This document shows positions 46,850 to 58,155 of a stretch of 64,000 nt of DNA, in pieces. Numbering within the stretch: the first letter of the stretch is position 1; each line of letters opens with the position of its first letter. The DNA lies in NCBI GenBank assembly GCA_965217185.1, contig OZ244252.1:2848001-2912000 (forward strand), in the 5' to 3' direction. This DNA comes from an uncultured Candidatus Entotheonella sp. (GTDB taxonomy: Bacteria; Tectomicrobia; Entotheonellia; Entotheonellales; Entotheonellaceae). A program made the position numbers and the translations under genes. The notes beneath the pieces were generated by a model. The model saw only the letters and a list, made by a program, of their open reading frames with translations. It ran no database searches and was not told the origin of the DNA.

Positions 46850-47503
46850 ATGCTCTACGAATCACGTGTCTACTACACCGTACCGGGCCGTCTGGCGGCC
46901 CTGAACGCGCGCTTCGCCGACCACACCATGGGGTTTTTTCGCAAGCACGGCATCGGCATGCTGGGATTCTGGACCGACGAAATCGGCATCAGCAACCGGC
47001 TGACGTACATCCTGACGTTCGACAGCCTGGCCGACCGCGAGGCCAAGTGGGCCGCCTTTCAGGCCGATCCGGGCTGGCAGCAGGTGCGCTCGCAGACGGA
47101 AGCCGACGGCCCCATCGTGGCGCAGGTCGTGAACAGCTTCATGCGGCTGACGCTGTACTCGCCCGAGCCGCGCATCGACACCGCCGTGCAGGAACTGCGC
47201 GTTTACGACGCCATGCCCGGCAAGCTGCCAAACCTGCACGATCGCTTCGCCAACCACACCATGAAGCTGTTCGAGAAGCACGGCATCGCCAACGTCGCCT
47301 ACTGGGTCGAGGATGTCGGTACGAGCAACCGCCTGGTCTATCTGCTGGGTCACCCGGACCTCGGGTCGCGCGAGAAGAGCTTCGCGGCGTTCCAGGCCGA
47401 CCCGGACTGGCAAAAGGCACGGGCGGACTCGGAGGCCGACGGCGCCCTGGTGCGCGCCAGCCAGCATTGCATCTTGCGCCCAACGGCCTACTCGCCCCGC
47501 TGA
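46850..47503 (+). CDS. Tandem NIPSNAP-domain protein
   Basis: Two copies of E.RVY...PG.L..L..RFA.HTM..F.KHGI...FQADP.WQ; GAGGAGG RBS. Confidence 0.9.
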   Translation: MLYESRVYYTVPGRLAALNARFADHTMGFFRKHGIGMLGFWTDEIGISNRLTYILTFDSLADREAKWAAFQADPGWQQVRSQTEADGPIVAQVVNSFMRLTLYSPEPRIDTAVQELRVYDAMPGKLPNLHDRFANHTMKLFEKHGIANVAYWVEDVGTSNRLVYLLGHPDLGSREKSFAAFQADPDWQKARADSEADGALVRASQHCILRPTAYSPR

Positions 47504-47504
47504 T

Positions 47505-47535
47505 GTAGGTCGGATTAGCGAGGCGTAATCCAACA
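47505..47535. repeat. GTAG-type REP element, copy 3
   Basis: GTAGGTCGGATTAGCGAGGCGTAATCCAACA between convergent genes. Confidence 0.8.
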
Positions 47536-47565
47536 TTCTACTGCCGACACCACCGGGGCGCGGCG

Positions 47566-48534
47566 TTATGCACGGTCACCGTTGATGCCGGCAAAGAGAT
47601 CGTCCTCCGGCAGCTTCGTCGGCACCGCGCTGCGGGCCAGGATGTAGTCGTCGTATGGATAGGCGGTGCGGTCTACCTCGGGAGGCAGCCCGAACCAGTG
47701 CCGCGAGTTGGGATCAACCTGCGTGGCGTGGGCGCGCAGGGCATTGCGGGTCTGTTCCCAATGATCGCCGACGAACACCTTGGTGGTCAGGAAATGATCC
47801 ATGGAGCGGCGCCGCTTCCAACGCTGGGGGTTGAACGGCGGCTCCAGGCCAAGCCGCACGAACGCCTTATGGCGGGCCACCAGGCTGGCGCGCGACCATA
47901 GGATGTAGTACAGCTTCTGCGGTGCCCACGGCTCGCCCAGCTCGGGATGAAACGCCGGGTCGCGGGCCGCCTTGTAGGCGGGTAGCGAGGCGTCGTGCAC
48001 CCGCAGATGATCGGGGTGCCGGTAGCCGCGCTGGTTGGCGGGGTAGGTCACCATGACGTGGGGCCGCTCGCGGCGGATGAGGCGCACCAGGGCGCGCACC
48101 GTTTCGTCGAGCGGCGCCGCCGCAAAGGTGCCCGGCTCGTTGCTCGCCGGTATGTTGGAGTCCCCGTAGCCGAGCATCCATACGCGCTGATAGCCAAGGT
48201 GGGTCGTCGCCTCGATCAACTCCTGGCGGCGCACCTCCGGCAGGCGTTCCTTGATTTCCGGCTGATCGAGCGCCGGATTGAGAATGCTGCCGGCCTCCCC
48301 GCCGGTACAGCAGACGAGCACCACACCGACGCCGGCCGCCGCATAGCGCGCCGCGCTGCCGCCGCCCTTGGATGCTTCGTCGTCGGGGTGGGCGTGGATG
48401 GTCAGCATGCGGCGTTCGCACTCGGCGGGGTCGCCGTCCTGCCGCAACACTTCGGGTTCCGGGGTAACGGTATTCGTGTCGTGCCGATGGCCGCTGCACG
48501 TCGGCATTCCATGCGTCGTCATGCTTCCTCTCAC
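47566..48534 (-). CDS. PIG-L/LmbE family amidase, mycothiol S-conjugate amidase (Mca)-like
   Basis: HAHPDDEASKG, CTGGEAG, GYRHPDH, LRAHATQVDP, EDDLFAG; start uncertain. Confidence 0.8.
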   Translation of the reverse strand: MRGSMTTHGMPTCSGHRHDTNTVTPEPEVLRQDGDPAECERRMLTIHAHPDDEASKGGGSAARYAAAGVGVVLVCCTGGEAGSILNPALDQPEIKERLPEVRRQELIEATTHLGYQRVWMLGYGDSNIPASNEPGTFAAAPLDETVRALVRLIRRERPHVMVTYPANQRGYRHPDHLRVHDASLPAYKAARDPAFHPELGEPWAPQKLYYILWSRASLVARHKAFVRLGLEPPFNPQRWKRRRSMDHFLTTKVFVGDHWEQTRNALRAHATQVDPNSRHWFGLPPEVDRTAYPYDDYILARSAVPTKLPEDDLFAGINGDRA

Positions 48535-48538
48535 AGAA

Positions 48539-50881
<2,343 letters not shown>

Positions 50882-50937
50882 TCAGCGTCCAACCCATCCC
50901 CAGCTTCTGGCTGGCAAGCTTTGATAAAGGACCGCCC

Positions 50938-52953
50938 ATGGCTGCTCCCCTCCTCGTTACCAGTGCACTGCCATACGCCAATGGCAGCATCCACCTCGGC
51001 CACTTGCTCGAATACATCCAGACGGACATCTTGGTGCGTTTTTTCAAGATGACGGGGCAGGACGCTGTGTACATGTGCGCGGATGATACGCACGGCACGC
51101 CGATCGAGGTCAATGCCTGGCGCGCCGGGGTGACGCCGGAGGAATACATCGCGCCTTTCTTCGTCGAGCACCAGCGGGATTTCGCCGATTTTTCCGTCGC
51201 CTTCGACTGCTTCTACAGCACCAACAGCCCGGAAAATCAATACCATTCGGAGAACATCTTCGAGCGCCTGCGCCAGCGGGGCCACATTGTAACGCGGCCC
51301 GTGACGCAATACTACTGCGAGCGGGACGCCCGCTATCTGCCCGACCGTTTCATTCGCGGCACCTGCCCAAGTTGCAAGGCGGCGGAGCAGTACGGCGACG
51401 TCTGCGAGGCGTGCGGCACCACCTACAGCCCCACCGATCTCAGCGACGCGCACTGCGTGCTGTGCGGCGCCGAGCCGGTGATGCGGGAGTCGGTGCATTA
51501 CTTCTTCACTATGAGCGCCTACGAGGACTTCCTGCGCGACTGGGTCGGCACGCCGGGGCGGGTGCAGCCGGAGGTGCGGCGCTTCCTGGAGACGTGGATC
51601 AACGAGGGGCTGCGGGATTGGGACGTGAGCCGCGACGGCCCGTATTTCGGGTTCAAGATCCCCGGCGAGGACGACAAGTACTTCTACGTCTGGCTCGACG
51701 CGCCCATCGGCTACATCGCCACCACGCAGAAGTTCTGCCGCGAAACGGGGCGCGATTTCGACGCCTACTGGCACAACCCGGAGGCGACGATCTACCACGT
51801 GGTCGGCAAGGACATCACGTATTTCCACGCCTTGTTCTGGCCCGCCATGCTGCACGGCGCCGGCTACACGCTGCCGAAGAAGGTGCTGGTGCACGGCTTC
51901 CTCACCGTCAACGGCGAGAAGATGTCCAAGACGCGCGGCACGTTCATCACGGGGCGCACCTACCTCGACCATCTGGACCCGCAATACCTGCGCTATTACT
52001 ACGCCGCCAAGATCAACGGGCGCATCGACGACCTCGACCTCAACATGGAGGAGTTCGTGCATCGGGTCGATGCCGAGCTGGTGAACAAGATCGCTAATCT
52101 GGTCAGCCGCGTGGTGCCATTCGTGAACCGGCACTTCGAGGGGCAGGTTGGGCGGCTCGACGGTTCGATGCAGCCGCTCATCGACGACATCCGGGCGCGC
52201 CTGCCGCGGGTGCGGGAGTCGTATGAGCGCATGGAGTTCAACCGCGCCGTGCAGGAGATCGTGGCGATTGCGGAGGTCGGTAACAAATACTTCCAGGACG
52301 CGGCGCCGTGGGAGCTGGTCAAGCAGGACCCGCAAGCGGCGCAGGCGGTATGCACGTTTGCGGTGAATTGCTGCCGCACGGTGGCGGCATTGATCAAGCC
52401 GGTGCTGCCGCAATACGCGGCGGATGTAGAGGCAATCCTGCGTGTCGAGCCGCTGTTGTTCGACGAGGCGGCGCGCTTCGACCTGGAGGAGCACGAGATC
52501 GGCGCCTTTGAGCGGCTGATCGAACGGGTGGACGCCAAGCAGGTCCGCGCCATGGTCGAGGCCAGCAAGGAGAACCTTGATGCCATTCCCGCCAGCCCGG
52601 CGGCGCAACCGGTCGAGGCGTTGGAACCCGAGATCGACATCGATGCTTTCGGCCGGGTTGATCTACGAGTGGCCACCGTGTTGCAGGCCGAGACGGTGGA
52701 GGGAGCGGACCGGCTGCTGCGTTTAAGGGTCGATATCGGCAGCGAGCAGCGCACCATTTTCGCGGGCATCCGGCAGTCGTATGCCCCCGAAGATCTGCTG
52801 GGCAAGCAGGTCATCGTGGTTGCCAACCTGCAGCCTCGCAAAATGCGGTTCGGCGTCAGCGAAGGCATGTTGCTGGCGGCGGGACCCGACGGCACGGACG
52901 TGGTGGTGGCGGAGTTTCGCCAGCCGCGTCAGCCGGGTCAACGGGTACGGTAG
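50938..52953 (+). CDS. metG: Methionine--tRNA ligase with C-terminal tRNA-binding domain
   Basis: ALPYANGSIHLGH, Zn knuckle, KMSKT, C-terminal OB domain. Confidence 0.97.
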   Translation: MAAPLLVTSALPYANGSIHLGHLLEYIQTDILVRFFKMTGQDAVYMCADDTHGTPIEVNAWRAGVTPEEYIAPFFVEHQRDFADFSVAFDCFYSTNSPENQYHSENIFERLRQRGHIVTRPVTQYYCERDARYLPDRFIRGTCPSCKAAEQYGDVCEACGTTYSPTDLSDAHCVLCGAEPVMRESVHYFFTMSAYEDFLRDWVGTPGRVQPEVRRFLETWINEGLRDWDVSRDGPYFGFKIPGEDDKYFYVWLDAPIGYIATTQKFCRETGRDFDAYWHNPEATIYHVVGKDITYFHALFWPAMLHGAGYTLPKKVLVHGFLTVNGEKMSKTRGTFITGRTYLDHLDPQYLRYYYAAKINGRIDDLDLNMEEFVHRVDAELVNKIANLVSRVVPFVNRHFEGQVGRLDGSMQPLIDDIRARLPRVRESYERMEFNRAVQEIVAIAEVGNKYFQDAAPWELVKQDPQAAQAVCTFAVNCCRTVAALIKPVLPQYAADVEAILRVEPLLFDEAARFDLEEHEIGAFERLIERVDAKQVRAMVEASKENLDAIPASPAAQPVEALEPEIDIDAFGRVDLRVATVLQAETVEGADRLLRLRVDIGSEQRTIFAGIRQSYAPEDLLGKQVIVVANLQPRKMRFGVSEGMLLAAGPDGTDVVVAEFRQPRQPGQRVR

Positions 52954-53033
52954 TCGGACAGCGGCGATTCGATTCCGCGGGAAGGCTGAATGAGCAAAAA
53001 TTTTGACGGCAAAACGGCAAATGGGATGATTCG

Positions 53034-54128
53034 ATGGAACTGTTCGGCGCAATAGACTTCGTCACGGGTTACAAGCATTCAAACCCTACTGCCAACAAGG
53101 CTATGATCCAACAGGCTTACGTGAACCACTACTCTCCGAGACGAGCGCGGAGCATATTTGTGGGGAGCGGCTACGCCCTTCGGTTCTCCGAAGCAAACGC
53201 CTCGTCATTTTCCAATACCGTGTTGTCGCTCTCTGCCCTCCTTGATCACGACGGACGCCCTTTTGTTGTCGTTGTTGTCCGCGAACGAACCGTCCAATTC
53301 TTGCTAGCGAACACGACATTTCTGAAGAAGATCAGTCACAGCTCCCGGAAATTTCGTGTCGATTGCATAAGAGGAAGTTTCAACGGTACCGACATCATGA
53401 CCGAGTACGAAGGATTGAAAAATGCCCCCAAGAACTTCCAACTTCTATTCGAACAGCATCTCGGATTTAGGGAAGAGAACGTGGCCCGTCTGGTCGAGGC
53501 TACAAATGCCATTGTGGGCAGGAACGTGCGCTTTATGCCCACCCATGGGCAAAGAAAAATACTGATGGAAGCACCAGAAAGAGCTGCAGCAGTCCTTGCA
53601 TCCCCTGAGTTTCAAGAGATCACAGCTGAGCTGCAAGAAACTGTCCACAACCGACGCAGGGACATCATCGAAGTTGCCCGCATCGATAACGTGAATCTAC
53701 GCGGCAATGCCATAGAGAAGCTGATTACCGGGGGCGATAACGCGCATGAACTTGGTGATCTTAGGCACCCCTTCGCAAATGGAGAACTCGTTATTGACAT
53801 TAAGACGAAATTGCTCGACAGGGGTTCGTCTCCAAAAGCCTACAACGTTGACAAAATGCTGGATTTCCTCGCAAGACCTGGATCCGTGCTCGCATTTCTT
53901 ATTGTCGGGGTGAACACCGGTACAGACGAAGTTGTTGTTCGACTTCTGCCGGTTCTGGAAAGCGCCCTTCTTGATGCCACGGCAGTTCAGCACCACTGGG
54001 CGGGGCGTTCTTCTCGGGGCGCAACGCAACTCACTGGGAGATTCAATCAAGCTCTAAACATGGGCTATAAACCCAACGTGGACATAGTGAAGGCACGAGA
54101 CTTTCTGGAATGCTTGCTGTCCCTCTAA
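53034..54128 (+). CDS. Hypothetical protein, possible PD-(D/E)xK restriction-like nuclease
   Basis: Visibly lower GC than flanks; LGDL...VIDIKTK motif. Confidence 0.55.
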   Translation: MELFGAIDFVTGYKHSNPTANKAMIQQAYVNHYSPRRARSIFVGSGYALRFSEANASSFSNTVLSLSALLDHDGRPFVVVVVRERTVQFLLANTTFLKKISHSSRKFRVDCIRGSFNGTDIMTEYEGLKNAPKNFQLLFEQHLGFREENVARLVEATNAIVGRNVRFMPTHGQRKILMEAPERAAAVLASPEFQEITAELQETVHNRRRDIIEVARIDNVNLRGNAIEKLITGGDNAHELGDLRHPFANGELVIDIKTKLLDRGSSPKAYNVDKMLDFLARPGSVLAFLIVGVNTGTDEVVVRLLPVLESALLDATAVQHHWAGRSSRGATQLTGRFNQALNMGYKPNVDIVKARDFLECLLSL

Positions 54129-54376
54129 ACTACCAAGAACTCAGAGTTGAAGGCTCGCCTCTTGCGGGTCAGGTTCGGTCAGGCGCAAACGGCCGTTGAT
54201 GACGTTCACGGTGCCTCGCTGCCGGAACACGTTATCGGCATGACCTTGAATGTGTGGTCAAGCATGTCCCAGGAAATCTGGTCCATACTGGACAGCCATC
54301 GGCCGTAGAACGTGTAGCTTTTCCGCATGCTTTCGGATTCAATTGTGCATTAGCTAATCGAACGGTGGCTGGTCTC

Positions 54377-54925
54377 ATGATTACCCGACTCAAGGCCAGT
54401 GCTTTCCTGATCCTGGGCGCCGTCTGCCTCATCTGGGCGGTGGAAGCGGTGAACGTCCTTTCCGGCCGCCAACTCACTAGCCTGGGGGTTCTGCCGCGCC
54501 ACCTGTCGGGGCTGATCGGCATTCCGCTCAGTCCCTTCGTCCATGGCAGCGCGAGCCATACCATGGTCAACACCGTGCCCTTCCTGGTGCTCGGCGGCCT
54601 CGTCGCGCTGCGCGGCATCAAGGCGTTTGCGTCCGTCTCCGTCTTTGTCATCCTGTGCGGCGGGGCGGCGTTGTGGCTCTTCGGGCGGGCTTCCTACCAC
54701 ATCGGAGCGAGCGGCCTGATCTTCGGATACTTCGGCTATCTGGTCGCGCGCGGCTGGTACGAACGCAGCACCATAGCCATCCTCACGGCGCTGTTGACCC
54801 TGTTCCTTTACGGCGGCCTCGTCTGGGGCGTGCTGCCCAGCCGCTCCTTCATCTCCTGGGAGGGCCACCTGTTCGGGATGCTCTCCGGCGTCCTGGCCGC
54901 CCGGTTGCAGGGGTCTCAGGAATGA
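54377..54925 (+). CDS. Rhomboid family intramembrane serine protease
   Basis: SPFVHG..H...N, HIGASG, SWEGHLFG. Confidence 0.9.
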   Translation: MITRLKASAFLILGAVCLIWAVEAVNVLSGRQLTSLGVLPRHLSGLIGIPLSPFVHGSASHTMVNTVPFLVLGGLVALRGIKAFASVSVFVILCGGAALWLFGRASYHIGASGLIFGYFGYLVARGWYERSTIAILTALLTLFLYGGLVWGVLPSRSFISWEGHLFGMLSGVLAARLQGSQE

Positions 54926-55234
54926 GCAGCCCTCTTTTATATGGGAATCATATACTGATACTCAGGCGTGAGCGTTCAGAGGGCTGCCCTATAACGCCCC
55001 TTGCAAACGGGACGATCTGAACTCATGGCGCTTATACACGAGCCCAAGCATCCCGATAACGGAGGAGTCAATACGTTGCGACACTTACCTTCCCGCGCCG
55101 ACCACGTGGGGAGTCTGCTGCGACCGCCAGCCTTGCACACAGCGCGCGCTCAGCACGCCGATGGACTCCTGTCGGCGTCAGCGTTGCGTCAGATTGAAGA
55201 CAGCTGCATTCGAGACGTCATCCGGATGCAAGAA

Positions 55235-56730
55235 GAGCCACTTGCAAAACTCCGCTAGTTTGGCCTCGGAGCGGTTGTCATGAGACCGTACGGTGAATCA
55301 TTTGCCGTCGGTGGTTCCAATTGCCACGAATTCAGCCATGGCGGTGCCGAGTTCCGGCTCCCGTCTTGCGATGCGGACGCAACTCTCCCCCCTGCGTACA
55401 GGACAGCAGCGCGTGCCGGGATGGAGGAAACGGGGCCGCGAGACCAGCTTCAGGTCACCAAGCGCATCAACTGATCAACCGTGAGCGCCACAATCCCGAA
55501 CATCAGATGACACAGCACCTTGGCATGGCCGCGCACGCGCACGCTGCGACCTCCGAATTCATCCTTGAGGCGACCATTGACGCGCTCGACGGTCGAGCGT
55601 TCGTGGTAACGTCTCTCCTCAGACAGGACCAACCCACAGGCACGCCGTGCCTGCCTCTCCTGCCGCAGCGCCTGCTTGCGCGCGCCGCTGCGGGGGTTGA
55701 CGTCGATGATCGCAACATGACCCAGGGCGCGGCTGTGGGCGCGGATTTCCGGGGCATCGTAGGCGCTGTCCATCAGGTCATACAGGTTGCGGACTCGCTC
55801 CGCCGTCAGGGTCGCCAGCGGGATGGCGACTTGGCTGTCGTGCAGCGACGCCGAGGTAAGCAGGCAACTGACCGGGATGGCGCCGTCGGCCGCGTCAATA
55901 TGCAACTTGTAGCCGCTCCATGACGTCTGATAGCCCTTGGCGTCGCGCTTGACGCCAATGTCACAGGCGTACGGCAAGTCGGCGAGCATCTCCGGCAGGG
56001 TCATGTTGCGCTGGCGCTCCAGACGGCGCGGCTCCGTGGGGCGCTCCTCGCCCTTGCGCGGACGCCCGCGCCGCCGCTTCGGCTTGGCCGGCTGCGGCGC
56101 CTTCGGGGTCGGTCTCTCGCGCCCTTCAATCGCCGTCGAATCGCGTGAAATATGGCCTGCCAGACGCTCACCCTGGGTGCGTTTGATCAGCGCCTCGTGC
56201 AGGTGGCTCGGCAAGGCGCTGTCGGCAAATTCGGCAAAGGCACGTGAAAACGTCGCCTCGCTCGGAATGTGCTTGACGCTACGCCAGCCGCACAACCGGC
56301 GCAGGGTGCTGTCGTGGCGCAGACGATCAAGCAACATCCGGGTGCTAACCAGCGCGAAGACGGCCTTGGCGATGAAGGCGCGGGCTAAGGCCGCGCGGTC
56401 GCTTGGCGGACAGCCGCGACGCCGGTGCTGGTACGGCAGCAGCGTTTCCACCCGCACCCATTCGAGCACCATGACGAAGCGCTGATGGCGTTCCCCCAGC
56501 GCCCCGATCGTTTCCTCAAGCTGCGGGAACAGCAGCGCTTGAAAGCAAGACCAGTAACTCGATAGTATCTCACGTAAGGCCATTGGGGTCGTTCCTCCTG
56601 ATTCGGTTGTTTGACAACTCAACAGAATCAGAAAGCGGCCCCAATGTCCACCAATCAGCCCCAGAGCCTGCCCCGTGCTTGACACGGAGAAAGAAAATCC
56701 CACTCGTACACGCAATTCTGCAAGTGGCTC
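55235..56730 (-). mobile_element. Complete insertion sequence, 1,496 bp (IS5/IS1182-like DDE)
   Basis: TIRs GAGCCACTTGCAAAACT / AATTCTGCAAGTGGCTC (15/17 match); AGAA duplication at 55231-34 and 56731-34. Confidence 0.93.
55450..56583 (-). CDS. DDE transposase
   Basis: PSEATFSR, SRDSTAI, GYKLH, LMDSAYD, RSTVERVNGRLK. Confidence 0.92.
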   Translation of the reverse strand: MALREILSSYWSCFQALLFPQLEETIGALGERHQRFVMVLEWVRVETLLPYQHRRRGCPPSDRAALARAFIAKAVFALVSTRMLLDRLRHDSTLRRLCGWRSVKHIPSEATFSRAFAEFADSALPSHLHEALIKRTQGERLAGHISRDSTAIEGRERPTPKAPQPAKPKRRRGRPRKGEERPTEPRRLERQRNMTLPEMLADLPYACDIGVKRDAKGYQTSWSGYKLHIDAADGAIPVSCLLTSASLHDSQVAIPLATLTAERVRNLYDLMDSAYDAPEIRAHSRALGHVAIIDVNPRSGARKQALRQERQARRACGLVLSEERRYHERSTVERVNGRLKDEFGGRSVRVRGHAKVLCHLMFGIVALTVDQLMRLVT

Positions 56731-57761
56731 AGAAGACGTCGGATTAAAAGTGGCGACCGATGGCGAGTATCGCCGCGCCTTTTGGCATTATGATTTCCTG
56801 GCCGGACTGGATGGGGTGGAGATGGTCGAGATCGAGTCAGCGGTTCAGTTCAGCGGCTCCGCCCAACTCAAACCCGTCGCGCCAGCCGTCACAGGTCAAC
56901 TCGACTACGCCGCCGATCACATGGTGGACCATTTCACCTTTTTGAAACAGCACGCCCAGGTGACGCCAAAGCAATCGCTTCCCTCACCGACCGCCTTGCA
57001 TTATCGGGGCGGGCGCCAGGCGATCTCAGTTGACGTCTATCCCGATATGGATGGTTTTTTCCATGATCTGGGTCTCACGTATCAGAAAGCCATTGCCGCC
57101 TTTGCCAGAGCCGGCTGCACCTACCTCCAACTCGATGAAGTGTATCTGGCCTATCTGTGTGACCCCAAGCAACACGAGGAGCTGCGGTCGCGCAGCGAAG
57201 ACCCGGACCACCTGGCCCAAACCTATGCAAAGCTCATCAATTTGGCTATTGCCGAGCGCTCCTCCGACATGACCTTAGCGATGCATCTGTGTCGCGGTAA
57301 CTTCCAGTCGTCGTGGATCGCCGAAGGCGGCTACGAGCCAGTCGCCGACCTCTTGTTCAATGCCATCGACGTCGACGTGTATTTTATGGAGTACGACACG
57401 GCGCGCGCGGGTGGCTTTGAACCCTTGCGCTTTCTACCGCGCGACAAAATGGTCGTGCTGGGGCTTGTGACTTCGAAAACCGGCGATCTCGAAAACCCAG
57501 ACATCTTGAAACGCCGGATTGATGAGGCCTTGAGATATGTGTCCTTGGACCAGCTTGCCTTGAGTCCGCAGTGTGGCTTTGCCTCAACTGAAGAAGGGAA
57601 TTTGCTGAGTCTCGAACAGCAACGCGCCAAACTCGAACTCGTCGTGCAGGTGGCGCAGGACGTGTGGGGCGACGCCCGGTAGATCAGAATCCTTGAAATG
57701 AGGAGGTGCCGATCCGTCACTTCCAAGGGGGATTCGGCACTTAGGTATGTAATCCCCCTCT

Positions 57762-58148
57762 TCAATCCCCTGCCTTCTTCCAATGGCTCTTGAGACGAAC
57801 AGCCGGCAGTCTTTTCAGCCGCTGGTTGCTCGGATCCACTTCAATCCCCACCGACTCCAGAGCCGTCACCCCCAACAGCGGCTCGACATCAGCCTCCCCG
57901 AACAGGATCGTTCCGCCGACAATCTCACCCATGAATTCGATGTCGGCGGTCGTGATGTCCATTTTGATCTCGCGACCATCGGCCAATTCGTAGATCCGCT
58001 GGCCTTTGGGGGCGAGACCGATGGCCTCCAGGTGCGGCCCGGGAACAAGGGAATCGGTGGCGCCGGTGTCCACCAGAAACAGTCCTTCCCAAGTGCGGTG
58101 CGGCTCGGCCGGGTTTCGGATGGTAACGGTGACGTGTACGGCTCCCAT
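57762..58148 (-). CDS. Clan AA (retropepsin-like) aspartic protease
   Basis: FLVDTGAT, PLLGVTALE. Confidence 0.85.
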   Translation of the reverse strand: MGAVHVTVTIRNPAEPHRTWEGLFLVDTGATDSLVPGPHLEAIGLAPKGQRIYELADGREIKMDITTADIEFMGEIVGGTILFGEADVEPLLGVTALESVGIEVDPSNQRLKRLPAVRLKSHWKKAGD

Positions 58149-58155
58149 ATGATCC

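Larger units (their letters stand above)
55076..57682 (+). pseudogene. Cobalamin-independent methionine synthase II-like (single-barrel MetE/YxjH-like) gene interrupted by an IS
   Basis: 5' part RADHVGSLLRP...IRMQE; 3' part DVGLKVATDGEYRR...HLCRGN...LSPQCGFAS; removing the IS and one AGAA restores the frame; GGAGGAG RBS + TTG start. Confidence 0.9.

Noticed and set aside
52960..52985. tRNA T-loop-like TTCGATTCC as an integration site after metG
   Set aside because: No cloverleaf, no second copy and no integrase
54140..54330. Possible minus-strand gene remnant between the nuclease-like gene and rhomboid
   Set aside because: Short frames with no recognisable motif
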